64,000 nucleotides of DNA. Source: Barthelona sp. PCE (lineage: Eukaryota). The position numbers and the translations under genes were made by a program. Positions 52,293-63,719 of the stretch are shown here, one piece after another. Below the pieces are notes generated by a model. It did not search any database. It was not told the origin of the DNA and worked only from the letters and a program-made list of their open reading frames with translations. How positions within the stretch are numbered: position 1 is the first letter of the stretch; the number at the start of each line of letters is the position of its first letter. The stretch spans positions 496,001-560,000 of the forward strand of contig JAUFOR010000005.1 in the NCBI GenBank assembly GCA_040285745.1. The letters are read 5' to 3'.

Positions 52293-53807
52293 ATGGAAGG
52301 TTTTCTTTCGTTTCTTTGGATGAAAACGGCCCAATTTAGGGACTATGTGTGTAATCCTAATCTTTCTGAAATTCTGCTTGTTGAAGGCGGTAAGCATATG
52401 GTAGATGCACAAATGACGTTAAACAAACAGGTGTCAGCATTCGCTGGAACATTTGCACAGAATTTCAAAGATTTCTTCACCAGTTGTAACTTAGGTGATG
52501 CAAAATTAGTATTTGAGATCCTTCATCACCGAATCTCCAACATGGAAAGACTCCTTCCCATCCCAGAGTTTGAAAGAGAAGAATTAGAAGACAACACAAT
52601 AGTTTTTGTAGCAATTGGCAATCCAGATCTCGATGATGAGTTCTTTAGATATCAACTAAGGATAATATTCACAGTCTGGAAGACCCTCAGTTTAGATTTC
52701 TTAAGTAATACGGATGTCTTAACCAGCGCAAAGATCAAAAAGAGGGCAATATCTGACAAGGCAGCTAATTCTCTCGATATCATCCAGAGAGTGGTGCGCA
52801 GGGCGTTCAACACCGACTGGGCGTGCTGCACGAGGCAGATCCGGTCGTTATTTGACCTTTCGCCTTTGAATCGAGTCTGTGGTAATTGCTTAGCAGAGTT
52901 TTCACGATGTTTTCAGGATTCTTCTTCTCAAATGTTTAGTTTATTGTTCCTCGATAATGTGTTATTGGTGGAGAATTGTAGTCTGGGAAATTCTTCTTTA
53001 AAGGAAACTTTTTTTTTCATTCAGCATTTAAAAAATGTTTTAATAGAATTTCTTATTGAAGATGGTGAAACTGATAGTAAGCCAGGTAGTTTTGATATTC
53101 AGTTTGTTAGAAAACCTTTTAATCCTTTAAGTGAAACTTCAAAACCTTATTGTATTTGTTTATATCGTTTTACAATAGAGGAACGTACTTTTGACATGTT
53201 AATATTGGTAGAACAAGATTTTAAGAAGGTGTTACCAAAACAAAAGCACATGAACTGCATTCGTAAATACGTTCCAGAAATTTCAACTTGTTATAATGAT
53301 TGCTATTCCGTTTACTTAGATCGCTTCAATAATATCTTTTCACCAACCATTTGGCCTGGTGTAGCGTTCCTTAGTTACTCTTCTGTGAACCATTCATTGA
53401 GATTAGAACCAAAGATTGATCAAAACGCTATCAATTTAAATACAGCTTTGAGCCAATTCATTATTAGAGCGCATAGACAGTTGAAAATGGGCAACGTTTA
53501 TTACCATGAAGCTACAGATGACTTTTCGTTTACTTATTGTTTAAGTAATATGCATCATTCTTATGAACGTGTTCAAACAGACGATAGTCCACTTTCCACA
53601 AAAATTTTAAGATCGATGACTAATTCACCAATGCTGCACCCGCTGACCATCCAGGAGAAGAGCTCAGAAAGTGCTGTATCTAGGAGAAATATTGTTGAAA
53701 TAGTTGTTGTTCATTTTGGTTTCATTACATGGGAAGAGATCTTCTCTGACGCAAAGAATATCCGCGATAGTTATCACCAAGCCTCTTTCGGTCAATGGTT
53801 AACGTAA
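52293..53807 (+). CDS. HPS1/Mon1-like tri-longin trafficking protein
   Basis: WPGVAFLSYSS..H and C-terminal EIVVVHFGFITWEEIFSDAKNI resemble HPS1 (FPGLVHFIYVDR; ELLALHLSVIP..L..QA..L) by eye. Confidence 0.5.
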   Translation: MEGFLSFLWMKTAQFRDYVCNPNLSEILLVEGGKHMVDAQMTLNKQVSAFAGTFAQNFKDFFTSCNLGDAKLVFEILHHRISNMERLLPIPEFEREELEDNTIVFVAIGNPDLDDEFFRYQLRIIFTVWKTLSLDFLSNTDVLTSAKIKKRAISDKAANSLDIIQRVVRRAFNTDWACCTRQIRSLFDLSPLNRVCGNCLAEFSRCFQDSSSQMFSLLFLDNVLLVENCSLGNSSLKETFFFIQHLKNVLIEFLIEDGETDSKPGSFDIQFVRKPFNPLSETSKPYCICLYRFTIEERTFDMLILVEQDFKKVLPKQKHMNCIRKYVPEISTCYNDCYSVYLDRFNNIFSPTIWPGVAFLSYSSVNHSLRLEPKIDQNAINLNTALSQFIIRAHRQLKMGNVYYHEATDDFSFTYCLSNMHHSYERVQTDDSPLSTKILRSMTNSPMLHPLTIQEKSSESAVSRRNIVEIVVVHFGFITWEEIFSDAKNIRDSYHQASFGQWLT

Positions 53808-53868
53808 TCTTGTCTGTAAAAAAAAATTCTTCCTTTTCCATTTCTTTAATAGTTTTTTGAAGGGTTTC

Positions 53869-56433
53869 ATGGGTCCTTTACGGCAAGATAAAAAGCTTCT
53901 GTCCTTTGTTAGTGGGATGCCGAGAACATCTGCAAATGTTTATCGATTTTATCTTAAAGATGACTACTATGTGAACTTTGATCATGCCTACGATATTGTC
54001 CAGAGGTTCTTCTCGACTGAAACAGCATTACACAGTAGTGAAGGCATGCAATGGGTAAACATCAATCACAATATATTTGCAGCAATCATTCGTACACTTT
54101 TACTTGAGGAAAACGGGACAGTGGAGACATACCAAGTAATAGACAAAGAGTGGGGTATATCCAGAATGGCAACACCAGGAAATTTAGTTGCTTTTGAAAA
54201 CATCCTTTTTGATGAGACAATCGATGCAAAAGTACCAACTACATGTCTTGTATCCATCAGCAGGGATCAAACGTGGGTGATAATAGCGAATGCAATGAAT
54301 GGAACTGTTTTTTCTTTTGATTTAGATACGAAGGATTTCGATCACACCTTAATCCAGTTAGAATCCCTGCTGATGGCTGAGTACTGCCGCCATGTGTACA
54401 AGTTACCCGACAAAAAGGAAATTTCAACCAGTTTAGAGCAACTATGGTTAAAAGTTACAACCAGCTTTCTTGATGCGAATATCGAGACTGTTGAGTTATT
54501 GAAACGATCTCAGGTCTCGGCCATCATTGGAAGTTACTTTGGTGAATCGCTAATTGATGAAACGCAAAAGCTTCAGATGCACATTGCGACATTATTAGCA
54601 AAATTGCAGCTTCCAAAACCTACAAGCAGCGCAGAGCACTGGAAGTTGATGAAGCGTGTTTCTGGTGATCTGTGCTTGTTGCCTAGTTGTGCAGTTGAAG
54701 CTTTGAATATATTGCCAACAAAAACTGAACCTTTGTCACTCTACAACACTTTAAAGACCACGAAAACACCCATGGGTGGGCGTCTGCTGCAGGACTTCCT
54801 GATGAAGCCGTTGACTGATGTGTCCCGTATCAAAAAAAGACAAATGTTGGTTGGAAGGCTTATTGATGTGAATCTGAAGAAGCTGTCATCGTTACTGAGA
54901 GGTATGGGTGATGTTGAGAAGCTTGCTCTTAAGATTCAGCGACAGAGAGCAACTTTAAAGGATATTCAAAAAATGTATATTGTTTTGTACAAGACTCAAC
55001 AAATCATTGAGCATCTTGAGGATGAAGACTCTATTGACTTGGTTGAAAAGCTCAGCGAAACCAGTCTCTTATGTAATAATTTCAAAAAAATGGTTGAGAC
55101 TGCAATAACAGTTGAGGCAAACGAAATAGTGCCTTCTAGTGTGTTTTCTGAAGGGTTACGCGTTCTGGAGGGTAAGAAGCGCAAGATTATGGACAAAATG
55201 GAACGTATCAGAGAAGACTTTTGTGATGAGCATGATCTAAAGAGTAGAGTCGTAAAGATTGATAATTCAAAAATGTATGGCTATTGTTTAAAGATATCCA
55301 GAGCACAGGAACGCAAGATAAGAGATGCGGATGTTGTTATAATGTCCTCAAAAAAGACAGGCGTGCATTTTACAACAACACGATTTGCTAACCTTAAAGA
55401 TAAATACGCTGCTTTGGAGGAGGAGTACCAGCAAGAAAGCTCAGAGTTTAAGTTGCAGATTCGTACTGTTGCAGCATCTTATAGTGAAATTTTCATTACA
55501 TTAGCTGCATTATTAGCAGAATTGGATGTGTTTGTTGCATTTGCAACCTTTTCTTCCCATCCCCAGTACCCAATGGTATGCCCTGACGTTGTTGATAGCG
55601 ATGCATCTGTTTTTTCGTTCGATAATGGTCGTCACGCTATTCTAGAAAGAAATATTGCTTATGTCCCCAATAATCTTCGCTTTGAAAAGGGCGAGCGCGA
55701 GATTGGCATAATCACTGGTGTTAACGCGGGTGGAAAGAGTTCCTTTATCCGTACGAGTTGTTTAATCATTTTGCTTGCTCAGATAGGTTGTTTTGTACCT
55801 TGTTCATACTGTCAAATATCACCATTCGACGCCATATTGACCCGAATCGGTGCCAGTGACTCTCTGCGCAAACATCTTTCAACTTTCCTCATGGAGATGA
55901 CAGAGGTGAGCTCCATGCTCCAACACGCCACCAACCGTAGTTTCTTATGCATAGATGAGCTAGGTAGGGGCACATCGAGCGCAGACGGATACGGTATCTC
56001 GAGGGGAGTCATAGAATATTTATCAGATATCACAAGGCCTTTCTGTTTATTTGCAACCCATTTCCATGAATTAACCGTGTTAGATGAGGTGATCCCAACG
56101 TGCTTTAACCTCCATGTCGAGGCAGAGGTGGATAGCGAGACCCAAACGATGAAGTTTGACTTTAAAGTTCGTCAAGGCACATTTGGGAAATCACTGGGTG
56201 TTGTACTCGTTGAGTCGATCGGATTTCCAGAGCAGGTGATATCCACCGCTTACAGGAAGTTGGCGGAGATTGACGAGGCCAACAAGACTCAGAAGGTGGA
56301 GATGGAGGAAGATGAAGTGGATGAAGAGACTTTAAGAAAGGAATGGGCTTTAAGGAGTTTTGCAGGTCTTGATTTCGCAAACCTCACCGAAGAGGAATGT
56401 TCAATGGTCTTTAATTACTTCAAGTCTGCTTAG
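53869..56433 (+). CDS. MSH2: DNA mismatch repair protein MSH2
   Basis: ATPGNL..FE..LF, KTPMGGRLL, ITGVNAGGKS, GCFVPC, STFLMEM, IDELGRGTS, LFATHFHELT; ATG at 53869. Confidence 0.93.
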   Translation: MGPLRQDKKLLSFVSGMPRTSANVYRFYLKDDYYVNFDHAYDIVQRFFSTETALHSSEGMQWVNINHNIFAAIIRTLLLEENGTVETYQVIDKEWGISRMATPGNLVAFENILFDETIDAKVPTTCLVSISRDQTWVIIANAMNGTVFSFDLDTKDFDHTLIQLESLLMAEYCRHVYKLPDKKEISTSLEQLWLKVTTSFLDANIETVELLKRSQVSAIIGSYFGESLIDETQKLQMHIATLLAKLQLPKPTSSAEHWKLMKRVSGDLCLLPSCAVEALNILPTKTEPLSLYNTLKTTKTPMGGRLLQDFLMKPLTDVSRIKKRQMLVGRLIDVNLKKLSSLLRGMGDVEKLALKIQRQRATLKDIQKMYIVLYKTQQIIEHLEDEDSIDLVEKLSETSLLCNNFKKMVETAITVEANEIVPSSVFSEGLRVLEGKKRKIMDKMERIREDFCDEHDLKSRVVKIDNSKMYGYCLKISRAQERKIRDADVVIMSSKKTGVHFTTTRFANLKDKYAALEEEYQQESSEFKLQIRTVAASYSEIFITLAALLAELDVFVAFATFSSHPQYPMVCPDVVDSDASVFSFDNGRHAILERNIAYVPNNLRFEKGEREIGIITGVNAGGKSSFIRTSCLIILLAQIGCFVPCSYCQISPFDAILTRIGASDSLRKHLSTFLMEMTEVSSMLQHATNRSFLCIDELGRGTSSADGYGISRGVIEYLSDITRPFCLFATHFHELTVLDEVIPTCFNLHVEAEVDSETQTMKFDFKVRQGTFGKSLGVVLVESIGFPEQVISTAYRKLAEIDEANKTQKVEMEEDEVDEETLRKEWALRSFAGLDFANLTEEECSMVFNYFKSA

Positions 56434-56505
56434 CTGTTAGTAAACAATGCAAACAATACAGAAAGACAACACTGTTTACTTTTCTTTTTCTTTTTCTTAT
56501 ACTTA

Positions 56506-58095
56506 TCAATGCAACATCGTCATTGTATTTGCAATGACCCTCTTGTTTGCATCAACGTGTTTCACTGCACCATCAGGATAAATCCTCGTCTTGGAACCGT
56601 CAGGATAAAAAACTTCTCGCTGTCCGCTGACAAAGTCCACCTCACGACGTCCATCATCATAAACACTCTGCAGCGTGCCGTCCACAAAAAGACTGGTCTC
56701 AACACCTTGTTCGCTGATTGTCTTGATTGTGCCATCAGGGAAAAAAATCTGTTTTCCTGCGTCTGGGTAGTGCTTCTCAATCTGCTGGTTCTTAAATTTG
56801 TACAGCTGTATGCCTGTCTGGAACGTTACGTGGATTGTCTGCACATCAGCATAGAAGTAAACTACACAACCGTTACTTTCTACTACTTGTTTAACATCAC
56901 CATTTTCGAAGAAAACAAATACAATATGACCGATACGCTCACAGTCAAGCCTGTTCCCGTACAGCATCGAATACAGCTCGAAAGGGAAGATCTCCTTGAC
57001 CGTTCCGTTTGCGAACTGTATTACACGACGGCCACTACTAAACACAGTCTCTTTCTTTCCGTTGTTCATCGTCTTTCCGGATGTAACGGTCTCGCCCATG
57101 CGTGGGCCGAGTATGGGCCTCAACGTTGGTATATCTTTAACTGTTTCTAACGTGTTCTGAACTTCTTGCGACAATTTTAAAATTTCTTTCCTCTTCTGAT
57201 TAATTGCATTGATATTTCTTGCATCAATTGAACGCTGAACATGCACAGGGATAGCGGAGTCGTTCACTCTCGGCGCCTTATCCTCCCTTATCTTTGGTGG
57301 TGTGTTACTTGTAATCTTTGGAGTATTTTCCGTTCTACGTTTCGGTTTCGGTTTTGGATTTGTCTTGGGGACCGCATATGTTGGCTTTTCTAGTACTGCA
57401 TCTGCCTGATTAAACTCATCCTTAATTTCTTTCTTCACAATTTGCTGCTCAATGGACATTGTGTTGTTAATTCTCTTCAATTCTTTCTTGAGAGAAGCGT
57501 TGGCTGTCTTCAATGCACTAATCTCCTCCTCCTTTTTCATATCTTCGGTCTTGAAAAACTCTTTCTCACGTCGTAGCTTGCTAATTAAATCATCTTTCCT
57601 TCGCAGTTCTGATGAATACATTTTGCTTTTCTTCTTCCCCTCCTCTTCCAGGGTGGCCAGAGACTCCTCCAGCTCGGCAATGTGTTCCCTGTCGCGCTTT
57701 GTTGCGCCCTTTCTGTTTTCTTTAAGCATGTGTTCCCGCCTATCAAGACTGTGTTTCTGTTTGGCTAATTTTTCACGTTCCTCAATAACAGCAGCCTCAT
57801 ATTCGTTCTTGAGAACCTCCTCCTTCGCTGAAAAATCATTACGGCATTGATCTAATGTCGATTTTAAGCGCTGATTTCGTTTCTCAAGCAATTGAATTTG
57901 CTCGTTTAACGTATCAATGATCTTTAGAAGATCTTCTGACGCATCTACGTCACTTTCTGTATCTGATTTATCATCTAAATCATCAGCATGTCTGAGAAAA
58001 TATTCTTCAAGTGCTGCAAAATCCCGTAATTCTCTGTCCTCCTCTGCGAATCGCTTCTGGTAGTCCAGTTGCACGCGCCTGAGAAACTCTGTCAT
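56506..58095 (-). CDS. CENPJ: Centriolar protein SAS-4/CPAP (coiled coil + TCP/G-box domain)
   Basis: N-terminal coiled coil; C-terminal repeats FANGTVKE, FENGDVKQ, QIEKHYPD, FPDGTIK, IYPDGAVK. Confidence 0.9.
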   Translation of the reverse strand: MTEFLRRVQLDYQKRFAEEDRELRDFAALEEYFLRHADDLDDKSDTESDVDASEDLLKIIDTLNEQIQLLEKRNQRLKSTLDQCRNDFSAKEEVLKNEYEAAVIEEREKLAKQKHSLDRREHMLKENRKGATKRDREHIAELEESLATLEEEGKKKSKMYSSELRRKDDLISKLRREKEFFKTEDMKKEEEISALKTANASLKKELKRINNTMSIEQQIVKKEIKDEFNQADAVLEKPTYAVPKTNPKPKPKRRTENTPKITSNTPPKIREDKAPRVNDSAIPVHVQRSIDARNINAINQKRKEILKLSQEVQNTLETVKDIPTLRPILGPRMGETVTSGKTMNNGKKETVFSSGRRVIQFANGTVKEIFPFELYSMLYGNRLDCERIGHIVFVFFENGDVKQVVESNGCVVYFYADVQTIHVTFQTGIQLYKFKNQQIEKHYPDAGKQIFFPDGTIKTISEQGVETSLFVDGTLQSVYDDGRREVDFVSGQREVFYPDGSKTRIYPDGAVKHVDANKRVIANTMTMLH

Positions 58096-58388
58096 GGCGC
58101 GACGATATGTAAAGTATAGAAAACGAAAACAAATTTTTTAACTGCTTGATCAATGGATAAGATGCTTCAACCTCGCTGCTACGCCACTAAATTAGTTCAA
58201 CCGTATTCCTAAGCCACAATTTAAATACTCTCTGAAGACCTACCTTCACTGCAAATGAAGCCATAAATACATCATGTTCCGGCAGTAACCCGGTAACATT
58301 CACCTCATGAACAACAACTAGGTAGAATTAATATTGCAGGGTGTTTCACAGAACTTAACTCTATTCCAAAACCTCCAATCACGTTCAG

Positions 58389-59309
58389 ATGGAGGAACAA
58401 GACGATCTTTTCCACTTGGGAAACGACTACGCATCAGGAACAACCAGATGGCTTGAGCAAAGAAGAGAACTTTTAAAAGTAGAAGAGGAGCTCCAACACA
58501 AACGTGAACAGTACAAGCGGCTATCCGAGAAGTTCGATGAACAGGAAAACGAGATCCAACAGAAGAATCTACAGCTACAAGACCAATTGAGTAACTTTGA
58601 CAAATTTCTACAGGATAACTATCAAAAGAAGGTCCGTGCCGAGCTCAAGGCATCGCAGGAGGCCAGACAGCGCCGTCAAAAAGAACGAGAAATTGAACTT
58701 TTAAAGGAAAAGATCAGTGTTCTTGATGAAGAGCGGTTTGTCATTGAGCAGCAGGTGAACTCGTCCCAATTCTATGTATCATACCTCGAGGACATCTGTG
58801 ACATCTCTGACGACTTTGTAGAGTCAGCGGATATTCAGGCAAGGTTTTTTGTACTGTTAAATGCAAATGAAGAACTTCTAGAGAGCATCACAGACTTTGA
58901 ACAGGCCATCTCCAAATACAAGAACATGAATATGAACTTGGAAAATGAGATGAAGAGTGTTAATATTTTGAAGAACCATCAAATTTCAATTTTGCGACAA
59001 GAATTAGAAAAGCTAAGGGGTATCGGATTACAAGTATCCCTTGAGAATGAGGAGAAGATCCTTAAGATTCTTTCAAAGGCAACAGAAATTGGAAATGTTT
59101 TGTTTGGGTGTGAGAACATATTTGATATTACTCTATCCAATCAAAATGTTGCTAAAAAGAGAGTAGGAGGAGCTGCAACAAAATCGTTTAAAAAGCAAGC
59201 TAATGAGGTTAATTCACAGGATCATCTGAAAAAATTAGTAGTAATTGCTGATGTGTTAAAACATTTCCAATCAATATTATGTATAGTTGATGAAGAAGCA
59301 CAATCATAA
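58389..59309 (+). CDS. CFAP73/CCDC42-like (DUF4200) axonemal coiled-coil protein
   Basis: TRWLEQRRELLKVEEEL..KREQY, L..FDKFLQDN..K..RA, Y..YLE motifs. Confidence 0.8.
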   Translation: MEEQDDLFHLGNDYASGTTRWLEQRRELLKVEEELQHKREQYKRLSEKFDEQENEIQQKNLQLQDQLSNFDKFLQDNYQKKVRAELKASQEARQRRQKEREIELLKEKISVLDEERFVIEQQVNSSQFYVSYLEDICDISDDFVESADIQARFFVLLNANEELLESITDFEQAISKYKNMNMNLENEMKSVNILKNHQISILRQELEKLRGIGLQVSLENEEKILKILSKATEIGNVLFGCENIFDITLSNQNVAKKRVGGAATKSFKKQANEVNSQDHLKKLVVIADVLKHFQSILCIVDEEAQS

Positions 59310-59320
59310 ATATTCATTTT

Positions 59321-62300
59321 TTACAAAGGTTTCACCGCATAAACATCCACTGAATTCGACTCCGCTTCTAAATAGCTCAATAAAACTTGTTCAATTAAGG
59401 ATTTGATTGGGTCGGGGATACTCTCACCCAACTCATCAACGTCGATGTTTGAACGCGATAATATATCTCTTATGCTATCGTTCTCAGAAACGTCACGCAT
59501 TGAGAAAAGACGCCGTTGGAACATTAATGTCTGTACTGCCAAAGGAAGATCGCTGAATGTGTCAAGTAACATTGCCTTCAAAAAGTTACTGTTGAGAAGC
59601 TCCATGAGAGGCTTTGTCGACTGCACGACACAAACGTCAGAGGACGGGTCTGGCACATCTGACGCGTAGCCTACCAAATAATTCTTATTATAACCCAGAA
59701 TTTGACTCAGTGCTCGCAGATGCTGGTAGGGGATACCGTCACGTTTTGCGTCATATACCATTGAGAGGCCGCATAGGCGGTTGAACCTGTCAATAACCAG
59801 CGCAATGCCTGCGTCTTCCTCCAATGAAACGAGCTGACGGATGGTATCCTCTTGAATAGGGAACAAATGATCAACCAACAACGCAGAGCCAACATAAAGG
59901 TCGCCTGGTACCCTCACACCGATGATGATGGGCTGCCTGAACCTTGGGATGAGGGACCTCAGCTTCAGCAACGACTCAACCGTCAACCCGCTCTCAACGA
60001 CAGGAACAATGGCATCAGGATCTGTGTGCACCTTGAGTGACTTGCCCAACAGCGCACCGATCTCAGCCTGCGAAGCGTCGACCATGGATTGGGCGTTGCT
60101 ATACAGGGTTCTGAAGACAGCACACTTTCCTGCCGAAAATATGTTAGGGTCGCTTGAAAGGAAGTCATGAGAGACGACAATCGAAGAAGTGATGACCAGG
60201 GGCGCGTTCTCGAGCTCGTTAAGGACAACATTGTCGAGAGATTCGTCACAGAACGTAAGCAGGTAATCGCATGCGTATTGCTTGTGTTGGATGGCAATAT
60301 CGTCAGTTGGGGTGTGTGTCTCAAAGACAACGCCTTGTAGCAGGTCGTACGAAAGAGACAAGTTGATGATCTCGTGATCCACTAGCATCTCAATACCCAG
60401 CTTATCCAGTTCATCAAATACCATGGCGGCGACGTCAGCGTTGTCGCACGGGTATGCAGGCTCCGGCAGGGGGAACGCCAGCGTGATGAACTCAGCTGGA
60501 ATACCCATTGCAATCAATGCCTGAACACATCCGTAACACCCAGAGTGTGTGCCATAAACAACAATCTTCTTGTTCAGAGACAGAATGTCGGACTTTATGT
60601 AATGCGGCTGGTTCTCCTTGAGCTCGACCTGCTCCTCTAAAGCGGTTGACATCTGCTCCTTGATGTCGGTCAATATCTTCTCAAGATCAAACGCGTTGTT
60701 AGGCGAATATACACCCTGGACTGCCTCAAGCGAAGCCATCTCTGCAAGTGTAAGGTCTGTCATGTCCTGGTCGCCAAACGTGAGCACCAGCTTATCATAA
60801 CGAATGCGCTCCTCTGTCTCAAGCACAACCTCCTTCTCAGCTGTAAGAACCGACTGCATACGGCCCATAATATACCCGACGCGGGAGTTCACGTCGTGTA
60901 GACCGAGCATTATGGGTGAGAAAGACAATGATGACGCGATACACTTGTTCAAGTTCGACAGCTTTGGAACTACAAACGGGCACTTAATGTCAACGGCTTC
61001 CTCCACCTTGCTCGTCTCTGACGCAATAGACTGTGCGTTGGAGCGGGCGCTATGCTTTGATGATATACTCATTGCACGCTCTCGGTTAGTACTGCCGCGA
61101 CTACGCGCAGAAGCTGTGATTTCTGAAAACTGTGAATAGCGCGAACCCTGATCGTACTTATCATCAACTATAGGCACGTAAGAATCCGGGATGGTAACAG
61201 TATCAAAACACTCTGCTTCGTCTGTAGGTTTTGGACCGTACGGGTCGATAACGGAAATATTATTGTAAGACAGATAACTAACGCCCAACAACTCAATAAT
61301 AGCACTGTTGCACACCTCGCTTGCGCCGACAAAGACGATACGGGTGTTGATATCAGTGGGAAACTCGGAACAGTAATTTGGGGTACTGAGATACAATGGA
61401 TCGGATTCGACGTTCTTGGCCTGGACATCAAGCACTGAACCACGTGGCTTGACAAAGAACAGAGACTTGGACATGTACATGGCCTCGCTGTTGATATAAA
61501 CAATAGACCCACTCATCCTCATCATTTCAGTGAAGAAAAACTTGAGAAGCGGAACAAAGTAAGGGCATATCTGCTCCTCAATAATGCGGATCGTAGGTTT
61601 GTCGTACATATCCTCAGGAACAAGGTCGGCTACGTTGTAGTATCGCTCTAGTTCTGATATACTGCAACCTTTGACGTATTTGACGGTTGCACCAACGCTT
61701 CCAGCGACTTCCAGTGTAAACGACTGCTCTTCCTCGTTGTGGGTCACCTTTGACGTGTGGACGTGCAACAGCGAACGATGGAATGCATACAGTGCATCCT
61801 GGGTTTCATTAAAAGGCTGCATTGGCACAGGGATCATGTGTTTGGTAATAAAAGAAGGAATATTATTACAATCTACAGGGTACAACACGTACTCCACTTC
61901 AGTATACTTCTGATTCTGATATAAATCTTCAAAAATCTGTAATAAAAAGTCTTGATAATATACTTGATAATTATCTTTAATACAAAATTCCTTCATAATT
62001 AAACTATTACAAACATTCTCCAATCCTTCAAAGTTATAGTTCTTTGTGTACTGTGGATCTTTTAAATCTCCTAATACTAAAAGCGCTACTAAATCAAAAC
62101 TCTCATTTAAAGCAACATAACTTACATCTTCATTGTTGTTCTTCAACAATTCAGCTAAATAAAAGGATCCGTACTCGCTGTCTTTGACGTCTGTATGGCT
62201 CTGTTCTAGATATATCTCCAACAAATCATCGTAATCTTCAATGCGTGCCTGTCTTATTGTGATGGTGGATATCACCTCTTCTTTTGGAAGGATACTGATT

Positions 62301-62810
62301 TGGAGGTCATCGAATGCGTCGTCGAGGGGTACTTTCTCAAGGTCATTTAATGGTACAGTAGCTTCCGAGAAAAAGTATGGTGTTAAAATGTAATCTAATC
62401 GATTCAATGTCTTGAATACCGTCGAGAAAATGAGTTGGTGTGCCTCCTTCTCGAATTCTGGATCAACAAAGATCAATCGAAGAAAAGCTGTGTTATAATA
62501 ATTACAAATATCAAAGCCCAATTCGTTTTGAAAATATTCTACCCAATTCAAGCGCTTCGTGCGGAGATGCATTGCCTCGTACTCGAAAAAAGCGAAACCA
62601 ATCAAGCGTTCATTGCTATAAACCCCTAAACTCAAAATGCTGGTGTTTCTAAAGGTTAGATTGTTCATGTGCATAGGCTGGATCATACAGTAGATTCACT
62701 AGATCAAAGTCTGAGAACTTTCTTTGTAAGAAAAAGCGAACATCAGCTATTAATTCTTCAATGACTGGAATGTCCTCTTTTGTAGTCCTTCTGATTGTCA
62801 AACTCCCCAT
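59321..62810 (-). CDS. CFAP61: Cilia- and flagella-associated protein 61; two exons (62810-62689, 62648-59321)
   Basis: GNAT-like N-terminus (TIRQARIEDYDDL), INTRIVFVGAS, YDKLVLTFG.Q, DPNIFSAG; splicing out 62649-62688 joins ...DLVNLL to NTSILSLG... in frame. Confidence 0.88.
62649..62688 (-). other. Spliceosomal intron (40 nt) in CFAP61
   Basis: GTATGATCC...AATCTAACCTTTAG; removal restores a continuous frame from ATG 62810. Confidence 0.88.
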
Positions 62811-63013
62811 TGTGTATGTGAATGTGCGAATAAAATAGGAAAGGAAAGAAGTGAAAGAGGTATTCTTTTGAACAACAGTTTTCACCCCTTAAACGCATAT
62901 ATTTATTTATTTCAACAGTGTAATGTACTACTCTGCTTACACAATATCGCATTGGTGACCTAATAAACCTTCCTTCTCATCTTAATATCTTCTTTTACTT
63001 TTATACCCCCAAA

Positions 63014-63618
63014 ATGTTTAAGAACCAAATCGTTGTTGATTGTAAGGGTGCCGTTCTTGGTCGCCTTGCTTCCTACATTGCTAAGGAGCTCCTTAACGGT
63101 CAGAAGGTTGTATGAAATTTTTTTTCTTTACGTAGAGTGCATTTAACATTTAGGTCCTTGTCCGTTGCGAAGAGGCTGTCCAAACTGGCTCTTTTATGCG
63201 TAACAAGTTGAAGTTCCTCAAGTACCTTCGCAAGCACATGAGAACCAACTGTCGTCACGGTTTCTATCATCACCGTTCTCCCTCTGGTATCTTCACTAAG
63301 ACCATTCGCGGTATGGTCCCCCACACCACCAAGCGTGGTGCCGCTGCTATGGGCCGTCTCCAGTGTTTCGAGGGTGTTCCTCCTCAATTCGATGCTGTCA
63401 AGCGTATGGTTGTACCTGATGCTCTCAAGATCACCAGACTTGACCGTACTCACAAGGTTACCGTTCTTAAGCGTCTTTCTTCTGAAGTTGGATGGAAGTA
63501 CGGTGAAATCATCGAGAAGCTCGAGGAGAAGCGCAAGCACCGCTCCGCCGCTCGCTATGCTGTTCGTAAGGCTAACGCCCGCACTCGTCAGACCGCTGAG
63601 CAAGCCATTGATAACTAG
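63014..63618 (+). CDS. RPL13A: 60S ribosomal protein L13a (uL13); two exons (63014-63109, 63154-63618)
   Basis: Spliced product [39 protein letters not shown]...[12 protein letters not shown]...FEGVPP...LSSEVGWKY. Confidence 0.97.
63110..63153 (+). other. Spliceosomal intron (44 nt) in RPL13A
   Basis: GTATGAAAT...ATTTAACATTTAG; removal restores the conserved GQKVVLVRCE. Confidence 0.93.
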
Positions 63619-63719
63619 ATGTTACATTTTGAGTAAATGGGGTCGATTCTAGACTTACAAATACCGTACTTAGACTATTTCAAGTCTTTAACGTTGTAAA
63701 AACTTGCTTTCAATTACAA

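Noticed and set aside
56509-57150. 213-aa plus-strand ORF
   Set aside because: Lies fully antisense to the conserved SAS-4 TCP domain.
62649-62885. Apparent frameshift or separate 78-aa gene at the CFAP61 5' end
   Set aside because: Fully explained by a 40-nt GT-AG intron.
63100-63603. 167-aa minus-strand ORF
   Set aside because: Antisense shadow of RPL13A.
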